The notes beneath the pieces are model-generated. The model did not search any database and was not told where the DNA came from. It worked only from the letters and a program-made list of their open reading frames with translations. From an uncultured Acidobacteriota bacterium (GTDB taxonomy: Bacteria; Acidobacteriota; Vicinamibacteria; Vicinamibacterales; SCN-69-37): a stretch of 64,000 bases of DNA. The number at the start of each line of letters is the position of its first letter. The first letter of the stretch is position 1. The translations under genes were made by a program, and so were the position numbers. Below are positions 34,501 through 45,770 of this stretch, piece after piece. Where the stretch lies: NCBI GenBank assembly GCA_963780855.1, contig CAWADF010000002.1, forward strand, positions 319,761 through 383,760, read 5' to 3'.

Positions 34501-35596
34501 CGCCGCGCCAGCCTCGCCGCGGACAGCCCCAGCGTCACCAGCGCGTAGACAACCAGGGCCGCGAGCGGCTGCCAGAGCGCGCCGAGACTCAGGCCCTTCA
34601 GCACGACGCCTCGCAGGGCGACCAGGAAGTACCGCGCCGGCACGACCGTCGTGATGTACTGCAGCACGACCGGCATGCTCGCGATCGGAAAGATGAAGCC
34701 CGACAGGATGAACGTCGGCAGAAACGCCACGAGCATGGCCGCCTGCAACGCGATCTGCTGGGTCTCGGCCATCGTCGAGACGAGCAGCCCCGTCCCGAGC
34801 GCGCCGACGAGGAAGACGGCCAGGACGATCGACAGAGTCGATCCAGCTGCCCCGCATCGGCAGGCCGAACAGCACCATGGACGCCACGATGACGAGTAGC
34901 CCGGACACCTGCGAGAGCAGTCAGGTACGGCAGCGTTTTGCCGACGACGAAGGCGGGCGTCGAGATGGGCGCCATCCGCACCTGCTCCATCGTGCCCGTC
35001 TCCTTTTCCCGCACGATCGACAGCGCCGTCGAGACGACCGCGGTGATCATCGAGATGTAGGCGATGAGCCCGGGCACGAGAAACAGCGTGCTGCGCAGCT
35101 CCGGGTTGTACCAGACGCGGGACTCGACGGTGACGATGGGCCCATGCCCGCGGGCGCCGAACGTCGCCGACGCTTCGAGCAGCACCGCGTTGGCGTAGCC
35201 GAGCACGGTCGTCGCCGTCTTCGCGTTGTCGCCGTTGAGGATGACCTGCACGATCGCGACGTCGCCGTCGCGCAGGCGGCGCGAGAAGTCTTCGGGGATG
35301 ACGAGCACGGCGCGTACGCGACCCAGGTCGATCAAGCGGTTGATCTCCTCGTCGGATTGCACGGTCGCGACGTTGTCGAAATAGGTGGAGCGCACGAAGC
35401 TGGCCACCAGCTGGCGGCTCTCCGACGAGTTGTCCCGGTCCTCGACCGCGAGCGCCACGTGGCGGATGTCGAAGTTGAGCGCGTAGCCGTAGAGGAACAG
35501 GAAGAACGCCGGCAGGAACAGCAGCACGAGCGACGTCCGCCGATCCCGGCCGATCTGCCGCAGCTCCTTCACGGCGACCGCCCAGGCGCGTCTCAT
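34497..35596 (-). CDS. ABC-2 permease, YbhS-like (frameshifted)
   Basis: KELRQIGRDRR, RVWYNPEL, REKETGTMEQ and LSGFIFPIASMP. Confidence 0.88.
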
Positions 35597-36547
35597 GCCG
35601 CCCCCCGCTCGGCCAGGCGATCGACCACGTCGAGAAAGACGTCTTCGAGCGACGGCACGACCGTGCCGATGGACGTGACCGTCAGGCCGGCGCCCCGGAG
35701 GGCCGCGACCAGGGCGTCGCCGGTCGTCTGCCGCGTCCGGCCGACCGCGTGCACCGCCGTGCCGAACAGGCTCGTCTTCTCGACGGCGGGCAGGCGCGTC
35801 GAGCGTCGCCATCGCCCCCACGGGATCGCTGCGCGCGAATCTCGAAGATCGGGCGGTCGGCGAAGCGCGCCTTCAGCTCGGACGTCGTGCCGAGCGCCGC
35901 GAGCCGGCCCGCGTGGATGATGGCGACGCGATCGCAGCGCTCGGCCTCGTCGAGGTAGTGCGTCGTGACGAGCACGGTCGTCCCGTGCTGGGAGAGGTCG
36001 TCGATGAGGCGCCAGAAGTCGCGGCGCGACACGGGATCGACGCCGCCGGTCGGCTCGTCGAGGAAGATGATCGGCGGCTCGTGCAGCAGCGCGCAGCCGA
36101 GCGCCAGCCGCTGCCGCCAGCCGCCCGAGAGGTTGCGCGCCAGCTCGTGCTCGCGCCCGGCGAGGCCGGCCATGTCGAGGACGAACTGCCGCCGCACGCG
36201 CGAGCCGATCGGCCGACAGCCCGTACAGCCCGCCGTAGAACGTGATGTTCTGGTCGACCGTCAGCAGTTCGTAGAGCGAGAAGCGCTGCGACATGTAGCC
36301 GATGCGGCGCTTCACGCCTTCGGGGTCGCGGCCGACGTCGAGGCCGCCGACGTCCGCGCGGCCGGCGCGTCGGCTTGAGCAGGCCGCACAGCATGCGAAT
36401 CGTCGTGGACTTGCCGGCGCCGTTGCGCCGAGAAAACCGAACACCTCGCCGCGCCGCACGTCGAACGAGAGATCGTCGACCGCGACGAAACTCGCCGAAG
36501 CGGCGCGTCAGGTGATCGACCAGGATGACGGCAGGGGCGTCGGGCAT
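35593..36547 (-). CDS. ABC ATP-binding protein (frameshifted)
   Basis: [36 protein letters not shown] and TTHYLDEAE. Confidence 0.88.
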
Positions 36548-37916
36548 CAGCAGGCTCCCGACGGCGCGGAGGAGGCGCGCTTCGTTGACGCGCAGCGCGG
36601 CCATCAGCTGCGTCCGTTCGAGCTCGGCCTGCAGCAGCGCGAGCTGCGCGTCGAGCACGTCGGTGCTCGTCGCCACGCCGGCGTTGAAGCGCTCGGCGAC
36701 GACGCGGTGCGCCTCGGTGGCGGCGGCGACCGCCTCGTCCGAGGCCGTCGAGCGCCGCGCGGCTGGCGTCGAGGTCGAGCAGGCGCTGCCGGATCTCGAC
36801 GGCGAGGCGCGCGTCGAAGTCGTTCGATCCGATGAGCGAACGCGTCGGCCTGCGCGGTGACGGCTGCAGCGTCGGCCTTGGCTCGCCCGCCGTCCCACAG
36901 CGGCCACGTCACGTTCACGCCCAGATCCCACGAGCGTCTTCCACTGGTCCGTCTTGGGCACGAAGCGCTGGTTCGGCCGGGCGGGCTGGACGCCGGCGAG
37001 CGCGCCAATCGTCGGCCGCGTCGCCGGCCAGCGGCCGCGCTCGCGCTCGCCAGCAGGCTCGACTGGTGCGCCTGCAGCGCTGAGCCGCTCGCCGCGCTGC
37101 TCGCGGCCGGTCGAGGCCAGCGCCGCGGGCGGCTGACCGACGAAATCGGCGACCTCCGGCAGCGTCTGATCGACCGGCGACGTCGGCTCAATCGTGGCGT
37201 CCGGCCCGACGCCGATCAGCCGGCCGAGCGCGACCTCGCGCGACCGCGGCGTCATTGGCGGCGCTGGATGAGCTGGACGGATTCCCGCGCGCGCTGTGCC
37301 TGCGCGGACAGCAGGTCGTTCGGCGGCAGCACGCCGGCGTCCACGCGCGCGCGCACGTCGCGCACCCAGGCATCCTCGCGATCGAGCGCCTGCTCGAGCA
37401 CCTTGACGCTTTCGCGCGCCGTCACCAGGCCCCAATACGCGCGCGTGACATCCAGGCGCACGTCCTGCTCGCCGGCGCGAAGGTCAGCGGCGGTCGCCTG
37501 TTCGTCGGCCCGCGCCGATTCCACCAGCGCGTCCACGCGGCCGGCCGTGTAGAGCGGCACGTCGACTTCCGCGCGCAACCGGTAGTTGTTGGGAATGTCC
37601 GGGAAGATCACGTTGAACGCGCCGTCGGCGAAGACACGCCGAACGGCGGCACGTGATTGGTGCGCAGGTAGCCGGCCGATCCGGAGACGGTCGGCCGGCC
37701 GAGCGCGGCTTTGGACGACACGGCGTCAGCCGCGGCGGCGTCACGCGACTCGCGCCTCGCTCAGACGCGGGGCGTGGCCGACGCCTCGCGCGATCGCCTC
37801 GTCGAGCGTGAGCGAGAGCGTCGTCTGGGCCGACGCCGGCCGCGGCAGCGCCGCGGCGCACGTCGGACGAACAGCAGGACAGGCCTCGCGCGCATGGTTG
37901 CTCTCCCTCGCGTCAT
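36547..37916 (-). CDS. TolC-family outer membrane factor (frameshifted)
   Basis: LTLDEAIAR, PLYTAGR, LDVTRAYW and RFNAGVATSTDVLDAQ. Confidence 0.82.
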
Positions 37917-38894
37917 GGCCGAGCCGCCGACCCGGTCGTCTCGGGGGCGCGGCCGGCGCTTCGCGATTCCGCCAGCACGCTCGATGAACACGTCCTCGAG
38001 CGTGGGCACGATCGTCCGGAGGCGCTCGCCGTGCAGCGCCGGCCCGCTCCAGGTCCGCGAGCAGCGCCGCGCCGTCCGCCTCGCGGTCCACGCGGACATG
38101 GAGCCGATCGCCGAACAGCTGCACGCGCTCGCCGCCGAGCCGCTCGCGCAGGACCTGCAGGGCCTGTCGCGGCGGCGTCGCGACGATCTCGAGCGATCGT
38201 GCCGGTCATCGCCGCCGCCAGCCGCGCCGGCTCGTCAAGCGCGAGCAGCCGGCCCTCGCTGAGCAGCGCCACGCGCGCACAGCGTTCGGCCTCGTCGAGA
38301 TAGGGCGTGGCCATGACGATCGTCAGGCCCTGCGCCAGGAACTCGGCCAGCAGCTTCCAGAACTCGCGGCGCGACACCGGATCGACGCCGGTCGTCGGCT
38401 CGTCGAGGACGAGCATCGGCGGCTCGTGCACGAGCGTGCAGGCGAGCGCCAGCTTCTGCTTCATGCCGCCGGACAGCCGATCGGCCAGACGCGATCGCGG
38501 AAGGCCGCAGGCCCGTGAGCTCGAGCAGCCGCGTGCGGCGGGCCGTCGAAATCCGTGACGCCGTGGATGCGCGGCGAAGAACGCGATGTTCTCGTCGATC
38601 GACAGATCGCCGTACAGGCTGAAGCGCTGCGACAGGTAGCCGATCGCCGCCGTCGCGGCGCGCCGCGCGCGAGACGGGATCCGCGCCGAGCACGCGCACC
38701 GTGCCCGGCGTCCGGCTTGAGCAGCCCGCAGATCAGGCGGAGGGTCGTCGTCTTGCCCGCGCCGTCCGGACCGATGACGCCGAACATCTCGCCGCGACCG
38801 ATGTCCAGCGTGAGGTCGTTGACGGCCACGGTGGCGCCAAAGCGACTTGCGGACGCGCGACGAACTCGACGGCACGTGCCGGCGCGGACGTCAC
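37913..38894 (-). CDS. ABC ATP-binding protein (frameshifted)
   Basis: [38 protein letters not shown] and TPYLDEAE. Confidence 0.88.
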
Positions 38895-39924
38895 GGCTCG
38901 GCCTCCAGCCGTGCTGGCGCCACGCCGAACTCGACCTCGACCGGCATGCCGGGCTTGAGCATGCCCTGCGATTGTCCACCGTCACCTTGACGCGATACAC
39001 GAGCTTGGCGCGCTCGGCCGCCGTCTGCACGTTGCGCGGCGTGAACTCCGCGCGCGGCGAGATGAAGGCGATCCGGCCGGCGAGACGGTCGCCGGCGTCG
39101 GTCACGACCGTCGCCGGCTCGTCGATGCGCAGCGTCGGCACGAGCGGCTCTTCGACGTAGGCGTTCGCCCAGGCGTGGTCGAGATCGACGATGACGATGA
39201 GCGGCGTGCCCACGGCGACCAGCTCGCCCGGCTCGACCAGCCGGGACGTGACGATGCCGCGCTGCGGCGCGATGACCGTGGCTTCCGCGCGGTCGTGCTC
39301 GAGCGTGGCGATCTGCGCATCGCACGGCCGCCACGTGCGCGCGGGCGGCGTCGATTTCCTCGGGCCGCGCGCCGGCCTTCAGCCGCGCCAGCGTCGCCTC
39401 GACGCGCCGCGCACGCGGTCGTCGGCCGCCTGTGACCCGCGCTTCGGCCAGTTCCCGGCGCGCGACCGCGTCGTCGCGCTGCTTGTCGCGCCGGCGCGGT
39501 TCGCGAACGAGCTGCTCGAAGCGCGTTTCGTCCGCGCGCGGCGGCCAGTTCCGCCTCGGCCGCGTGCTTGTCGGAGCGTTGCCGCGGCCACCTGGGCTTC
39601 GGCCTGCTGGATGTCCTCGGGCCGGCTGCCGGCCTGCAGCAGCCGCAGCTGCGCCTGGGCCTGCGCGCGCTCGGCCTGCGCGCGCGCCATCGCCAGAGTC
39701 GGTGTCCGTCGTCTCCAGCGTGACGACCACCTGATTCGCCGGTCGACGCGCGCGCCTTCGACCACGCGCACGTCGGCGACCCGGCCGGGCACCTTCGAAG
39801 CCACCTTGATCTCGGTGGCTTCGACGTAGCCGCTGGCCGTCGGCGGACCGGCGGCCTGCTCCCCGCGGCAGCCGGCGACGAGGACGAGCGCGGCGCCAAC
39901 GAGGACCGCGAGGGTGCGAGTCAT
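38891..39924 (-). CDS. HlyD/YbhG-like membrane fusion lipoprotein (frameshifted)
   Basis: VAGC lipobox, ASGYVEATE, AEFTPRNVQT..ERAKLVYRVK and LKPGMP. Confidence 0.88.
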
Positions 39925-40598
39925 GACGTGTGTCTCCTTGGCGAAACGGCGCGAAGAGGGGGCGTGCCACCGGACAGGCTGACGGCGGCGAGCGTCGCGT
40001 TGAGCACGTGAGCAGCCATCTCCTGGCGCTGCGCCTCGGTGACCGATCTGGGGACGAGACCGCGGAAGCGCTCGCGCACGGGAGTGGCTGCCGAGAAGAA
40101 CAGCAACGGCGCCACCAGGCACACCTGCACGACGAAAGGATTCGCGGTGGTGAACGCGCCGACTGCCCGCCCTTCCGCCATGATCACACCGAGGATCTCG
40201 ATGATCCGGCGCATGTGTGAAACCACGTTCGGCGACAGATGCCGGCCACCATCGGCGACTTCGCGCAGCCAGAGCGACGGAAACTCCGCCTGGGCCAGCA
40301 GTTGCTCGGTGACGGCGTGAACGAACCCGCGAAGCTGCTCGTCTGGCGAGCCCCCCGCGTCGCGCACCGCGGCGACCGCGGTGGAGACGCGCCGGAACTG
40401 CTCGAGCAGGATCGTCTGGTACAGCTCCGCCTTGCTGCGGAAGTGGTAGTAGACCATGGCCTTGGTGAGGCGGGCGCGTGTCGCAATGCGCTCGACCTTG
40501 GTCCCGTCGAACCCGCGGGCGGCAAACTCGGCGGTGGCGGCGGTCAGGAGGCGATCGCGGGTCGGGAGGGCGGCCGCACGGGCGCGGGGGCGAGCCAT
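39921..40598 (-). CDS. TetR/AcrR-family transcriptional regulator
   Basis: AATAEFAARGFDGT...IA..A...KAMVYYHFRSKAELY helix-turn-helix. Confidence 0.92.
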   Translation of the reverse strand: MARPRARAAALPTRDRLLTAATAEFAARGFDGTKVERIATRARLTKAMVYYHFRSKAELYQTILLEQFRRVSTAVAAVRDAGGSPDEQLRGFVHAVTEQLLAQAEFPSLWLREVADGGRHLSPNVVSHMRRIIEILGVIMAEGRAVGAFTTANPFVVQVCLVAPLLFFSAATPVRERFRGLVPRSVTEAQRQEMAAHVLNATLAAVSLSGGTPPLRAVSPRRHTS

Positions 40599-40602
40599 CT
40601 TT

Positions 40603-40645
40603 ATTAACTAACCGGATAGTTAATTAAATGCCCGGACGCTGTCAA
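40603..40645 (-). promoter_or_regulatory. Sigma-70 promoter overlapped by a palindromic operator (probable TetR site)
   Basis: Minus strand reads TTGACA (40645-40640)-N16-TTAACT; inverted repeat ATTAACTA-N6-TAGTTAAT at 40603-40624. Confidence 0.75.
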
Positions 40646-40652
40646 GTGGCCC

Positions 40653-41588
40653 TTAGATCTCCGTCGCCCCCCGGAAGTGCCGCGCCAGCTCCGACGCGTA
40701 GCGCGACCCGACCCGCTGCCGGTAGTCCGCCAGCCACGCGCTCAGCCGCGTCGTCCCCGTCGCCTCGCCCTCCACCATCAGCAGGTTCGACATCAACCCC
40801 CGGTATTCGTCCCAGGTCAGCACCACGTCGCCGACGAACCATCCCGTCACCTTCGTCGCCAGATACGCCGCGGCCGCCGGCACGTGAACCATGCCCGGCC
40901 GCTTCCCCACTTCGCCTGCCACCTGCTGTACCAGCCCGTCGAAGCTGTACACCTCCGGCCCAATTGCGTCCGTCACGCTGTTCTCGGCCGAGGACAGCCG
41001 ATCGACGATCAGCGCCGCCAGGTCTTCGACGTAAATCGGCCGCAATCGGTATTGTCCGTCGCCGGGAACCGCAAACAGCGGAAACCGCCGGACGAACCAC
41101 GCGACGTTGTTGATCAGGATGTCCCCGACGCCGAAGACGACGGTCGGGCGCACGATCGCGTAACTCAGTCCCGATGCCGCCACGATCCGCTCGGTCTCCG
41201 CCTTGCCGGCGTAGTACGGCAACGGCGAGTCCGCCGAGGAATTGGCGATGCTGACGTGAACGAGGCGCTGGACGCCCGCCTCCACCGCGGCGTCGACGAG
41301 CACTCGCGTCTGGTCGATCGCACTGGCGAACGTGGCCTGCCCGTACGCAAATCGCACCCAGTAGGTGTTGACGAGCGCGCTCGCGCCGCGAATCGCGTGC
41401 GTCAGCTTGTCCGGACGATGGAAGTTGTAGGGATATGCCTCGACGCGATCGCCGAAAGGATTGGGCCGATCCGGATGGCGCGTCAGGGTCCGCACGCGCC
41501 AGCCGCGGTCGAGCAGCAGCTTCGTGACGTACTTGCCGGTGAAGCTGAACGCGCCAGTGACGACCGCGACTTTGGCGGCGTCGTCCAT
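40653..41588 (-). CDS. NAD-dependent epimerase/dehydratase (atypical SDR)
   Basis: VTGAFSFTG, YYAGKAETE and RPTVVFG. Confidence 0.88.
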   Translation of the reverse strand: MDDAAKVAVVTGAFSFTGKYVTKLLLDRGWRVRTLTRHPDRPNPFGDRVEAYPYNFHRPDKLTHAIRGASALVNTYWVRFAYGQATFASAIDQTRVLVDAAVEAGVQRLVHVSIANSSADSPLPYYAGKAETERIVAASGLSYAIVRPTVVFGVGDILINNVAWFVRRFPLFAVPGDGQYRLRPIYVEDLAALIVDRLSSAENSVTDAIGPEVYSFDGLVQQVAGEVGKRPGMVHVPAAAAYLATKVTGWFVGDVVLTWDEYRGLMSNLLMVEGEATGTTRLSAWLADYRQRVGSRYASELARHFRGATEI

Positions 41589-41589
41589 G

Positions 41590-41934
41590 TCAGCCCCCGG
41601 CGCGGGCAGGGCCAGTCAGCAGCAGCAGCGCGCCCGGCCCGATGCCGAGCACGGCGCACGCGAGATAGTCGGCGAACGGGCTTGGGCCCGGATGGCTCAG
41701 GACGAGAGACGAGCAGGCCGTGAACGCGGTGAACGCCAGCGCCCAGCCCAGCCACGTCGGACGCCACAGCTGCAGCGCACACGCGGCGAGCACGGCGAGC
41801 GAGGGCCAGAGTCGAAGCCACGGGCTATCGCCTGGACCGGCCAGAACGCCGGCGGCGAGGATTGCAGCGGGCGCAGACACCCACCTGGCGCCGCGAGCGG
41901 GCCCGAGCGCCAGTGGCAGGGTCCTCGACGTCAT
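41590..41934 (-). CDS. Small hypothetical membrane protein
   Basis: Three to four hydrophobic segments; abuts both neighbouring genes. Confidence 0.5.
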   Translation of the reverse strand: MTSRTLPLALGPARGARWVSAPAAILAAGVLAGPGDSPWLRLWPSLAVLAACALQLWRPTWLGWALAFTAFTACSSLVLSHPGPSPFADYLACAVLGIGPGALLLLTGPARAGG

Positions 41935-42452
41935 GCAGGCTCCTCGCGATCGTTCAGGCGCCGTCGAATCTCGGTAAGGGCGTCAATCGCTTCCTGCCGG
42001 AGCGAGCGGCCGTCACACTCCGCGTCGCCGAGTTGATCGACCAGGCTGGTGAGGACGCCCAGGCCCTCCGGGGCGCCAATCTGCCCGAGGGCGAAGATGC
42101 ACCAGTAGCGGACGCAGTCGTGGTCGTCGTCGAGTGCATCGACGAGGGACGGAATCGATCCTGGATGGCCGATGTAGCCGAGCGCTTCAGCCGCATGGCC
42201 CCGCACGTTGGGCTCCTCCCAGCGGTCGCGCACGCGCTCCTCGAGGTCGGGGCGCGCGATGGTACTGCGCGCAAAACCAAGCACATAGGCGGCGGCCGCC
42301 CGCGTCTCGGCCCTATCGGCGGTGCCAAGCAGCGCCAACAGCCCCGACGTGATGTCCAGATTGAGCAACTCGAGGCGCTTGGCGGCCTCGAGAATCTGGC
42401 GGGGCTCGCCGTGCTCGATCCGGCGAAGCTGGTAGGCGACGTCCTCGTTCAT
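41931..42452 (-). CDS. HEAT-repeat protein
   Basis: RAAAAYVLG, VRGHAAEALG and VRYWCIFALG repeats. Confidence 0.78.
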   Translation of the reverse strand: MNEDVAYQLRRIEHGEPRQILEAAKRLELLNLDITSGLLALLGTADRAETRAAAAYVLGFARSTIARPDLEERVRDRWEEPNVRGHAAEALGYIGHPGSIPSLVDALDDDHDCVRYWCIFALGQIGAPEGLGVLTSLVDQLGDAECDGRSLRQEAIDALTEIRRRLNDREEPA

Positions 42453-42500
42453 GCCGGTAGATCCTCGAGATCCACAGACCGTGCCAGCCGGCCGGGCGCG

Positions 42501-43251
42501 TCAAAGCAGCTGTTGGAGGCGCTGGTAGCCCGCCCGGCTGAGGGGCAGCTTGGTCCCGTCCGTCAGAATCGCGATCCGGCTGTCCTTGGCGTAGAGCTCG
42601 ACTCGCGCCAGCCGGTCGAGGTTGAGGAGGTACGACCGGTGGATGCGGACGAACCGGCGCGGGTCGAGCCGCGCCTCGACCTCCGAGAGCGTCTGCTCCT
42701 TCAGCAGCGCTCCGGCCGCCCGTATGGAACGCGACGTAGTCGTCCTGCGCTTCGACGTAGTCGATCTTCTCCACCGGCACGACGTGCACGTTGGCGCCGT
42801 CGCGAATCACGACGCGCTCGATCGGCCGCCGATGCGGGCCGGGCGGCCTCTCGCAGCGCGGCCGGCGCCGGACGCGGCGTCGTCCGCGCGCGCGCCCGTC
42901 GCGAGCGCCTCGCCGCAGCCGCTCGCGGCTGAACGGCTTCAGCAGGTAGTCCACCGCGTGCACGTCGAACGCGCGCAGCGCGAACTCGTCGTACGCCGTG
43001 ACGAAGACGACCGGCACGTCGCGGCCGACCAGATCGAGCACCTCGAACCCGTCGAGCTTCGGCATCTGCACGTCGAGAAACAGCAGGTCCGGCGCCAGCT
43101 CGCTGACCGCCTTCACGGCCTCGAAGCCGTTCGCGCACTCGGCGACGATCTCGACGCCGCCCTCGTCGGCGAGGTCGTGCCGCAGCGCCATTCGCGCCGG
43201 CTCCTCGTCGTCCACGATCACCACACGCAGCGGCCGTCGGTCGTCGGTCAT
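42501..43251 (-). CDS. LytTR-family response regulator (frameshifted)
   Basis: VDDEEPAR, LDVQMPKLDG, VTAYDEFA, DYLLKP and FVRIHRSY. Confidence 0.9.
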
Positions 43252-44310
43252 GCGGTCGGCTCCTCCACGGGCAGCGACACCGCGACTCGGTACGACTCGG
43301 GCGCCGCTTCGATCGACAGCGCGGCGCGCGTCGCCAAACGCGGCCGCCAGCCGTCGTCTGGACGATATCCAGGCCGAGACCCGTGCCCTTGCCGCGACGC
43401 GTCGGGATCGCGCGGATTCGACACGACAATGATCGCCCGATCGCCGGCCCGTCGCGCGGCGATCTCAATCGCGCCGCCGTCCAGCCGCGTCGCAATGCCA
43501 TGCCGGACGGCGTTCTCGACGAGCGGCTGCAGAATCAGCGCGCGGCACGATCGTCGCGCCGCCGTCGGCCGACATCGACGTCTCGACGCGCAGCCGTTCG
43601 CCGAAGCGGACCTGCTCGATGCGCAGGTACTGCTCGGCCAGCGCCACCTCGCGCGCGAGCGGGATGCGCGCGGCGCCGCCCAGGCTGAGGCTGTCGCGCA
43701 GAAAGTCGCCGAGCATCTGGCACATCCGCCGCGCCTTGGCCGGGTCGGCCGCGATCAGGCCCGAGATCGAGTTCAGGCTGTTGAAGAGGAAGTGCGGATC
43801 GATCTGCGCGCGCAGGGCGCGCAACTCCGCCTCCCGCTGCCCGATCTGCGACTCGAGCGCGCGCTGCGCCACTTCAGCGGAGTGTTCGAACGCCTGCGAC
43901 AGGTACTGCGCCGTCACGCCCAGCAGGTACGACAGCGCGCCAATCCCGACGATGAGCGCGGTCAGCGACTCGAGCGGCGCGGCCAGCATCGGCGGGTGGT
44001 AGCGCCCGAGCCACTGCCACCACGCGCGCCCGAGTGCCGCCCAGACGACGGCCGTGACGAGCGCCGCGGCCAGCGCCGACACGATCACGCGCGCCGGCGG
44101 CGTGCGCGGCAACGGCATCGCCCGGCTCAGATAGGCCGTCGAGAGCGAGACCGGCGTGGCCGCCAGGCCGAGGGGCACGCCAAACAGCATCGACCATGTC
44201 CAGGCGACGCCGGTGAGCCAATGGGCCAGCACGCCCAGCACGACGCCCATGGCGACCCATGCCAGCGCGTGCGCCCGGAGCTGCCAACGCTCGGCGACCG
44301 TCGATGCCAT
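43248..44310 (-). CDS. LytS/YehU-type membrane histidine kinase (frameshifted)
   Basis: ELRALRAQIDPHFLFNSLNSI, IEQVRFGERL, LQPLVENA and GTGLGL. Confidence 0.9.
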
Positions 44311-44353
44311 GACGAACACAGATTCTAGGCGGTTGCGGTGGCCTCGGCGGCGC

Positions 44354-45055
44354 CTACGTCTTGACCTCGACGCCGCCCATGAGCACGAAGCCGCGGACGA
44401 TCAGCCGCTGCCGGGCGTCGGCCGTCGCCGTGCTCTTGTCCTCGACGCCGCCCATGATGGCGGTCGCCTGATTCGACACGCTCCAGTCGGGCGGCACGCG
44501 GATTTCGATGCCGCCCCACATCGCGAAGACGTCCACCACGGCCTCGCCGTTGGCGGCCGTGGCGCCCCGGAGGTCCAGCTCGACGCCGCCCATGACGGCC
44601 GTGAGGTCGGCGCCCTTGAAGGCCGACGACACAATCCGCCGACGCACCGCCGACCAGAACGCGAAGGCGTGCACGAACTGGTCGGTTGCCGCGCCAGCCG
44701 GCGAATCGAGCGCCATCCTGGGCCGCGAGCGCAGGATCACGCGCACGCCGCATGAACACGAAGACGAGCGGCCACCAGTCCAGGACGCTGGCGTGGACGA
44801 TCCCGAGGTTGTCGAGCACCCACCACGCGCCCGCGAACGCAAACACCGCGCCGGTCACGCGCCCGGCGGTCGTCTGCGAATTGAACACCTTCGTCAACCG
44901 CCCGCGACGATCACGAGCGGCCAGTACGCCATGAAATCGCCCGTGCGCACCCAACCGAGATTGTCGGCGGTCAGCAGCAGACCGATGACCACGATGCCCA
45001 GGCCGACGACGACCTGGGGCGTGATCCTCGAAGGGCCGCGTGCGTCGGGCGTCAC
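44354..45055 (-). CDS. LiaF-like protein (DUF5668 TM region plus DUF2154-like domain; frameshifted)
   Basis: GLLLTADNLG, YWPLVIV and AVMGGVELDLR...AMWGGIEIRVP. Confidence 0.82.
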
Positions 45056-45384
45056 GGGCGCGGCCTTTCCGCGGACGTGTCGCATTTGCGGCCGAACGCC
45101 AGCGACAGCCCGCCGGCGACAATGAACAGGGGCCAGGAGTCGTGCAGCGGAAAGATGTGGTAGTTGCTCAGCAGGAACAGCACGCCGATCAAGACCAGCC
45201 ACAGCCCGGAACGCTGCCACCCGCCGTCGGCAAACCGCCCCAGACCCAGCACGATCAGCAGGACCGGCCAGAGGCGGCCGAGGTCGATCGTTGGCACGAA
45301 ATTCTGGCGCTCGCCGAGGAAGATCAAGCCGAGCGCGATCAGCAGCACTCCGGTGGCGATCTGCGAGCCTTGTCTGGTGCTCAT
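45052..45384 (-). CDS. LiaF-TM/DUF5668-like small membrane protein
   Basis: GVLLIALGLIFL, LWPVLLIVLG and WPLFIVAGG. Confidence 0.75.
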   Translation of the reverse strand: MSTRQGSQIATGVLLIALGLIFLGERQNFVPTIDLGRLWPVLLIVLGLGRFADGGWQRSGLWLVLIGVLFLLSNYHIFPLHDSWPLFIVAGGLSLAFGRKCDTSAERPRP

Positions 45385-45411
45385 GGCGTGTCCTTCCGAC
45401 CCGCGATTCTG

Positions 45412-45546
45412 TCAGAGTCCCCGGCCGACGAACGAGGCGACTTCCACGGGATGCCGGAACAGGAGCCAGAGCAGGCACGCGGCCAGCGCGCTCGACAGCA
45501 CGCCCGCGGCGCCAATCACGACCAGCCAGACCTGCATGCGCGTCAT
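45412..45546 (-). CDS. Putative 44-aa single-TM peptide
   Basis: GGAGG RBS; MTRMQVWLVVIGAAGVLSSALAACLLWLLFRHP; co-oriented first gene of the lia/lyt-like operon. Confidence 0.45.
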   Translation of the reverse strand: MTRMQVWLVVIGAAGVLSSALAACLLWLLFRHPVEVASFVGRGL

Positions 45547-45770
45547 CTCGCCCTCCGCCTGCACCCCGAGAATACGCAGCCGCGGCCCGCAAATCCCGGC
45601 CGTTCCGGCCAGCGGCGGCCGATCCTCGGTGAATGGCGCCAGCCCCGGCGACTGGCGCGTGGACCAGCCCTCCGGATTCGGACAGTCCCGGCCTGGGGGC
45701 GCGGCCTGACCGGCGCGGAGGTTTTCCGGCCCGACTTCTATACAATTGAAGAGTCGTCGAAGGAGTCGCC

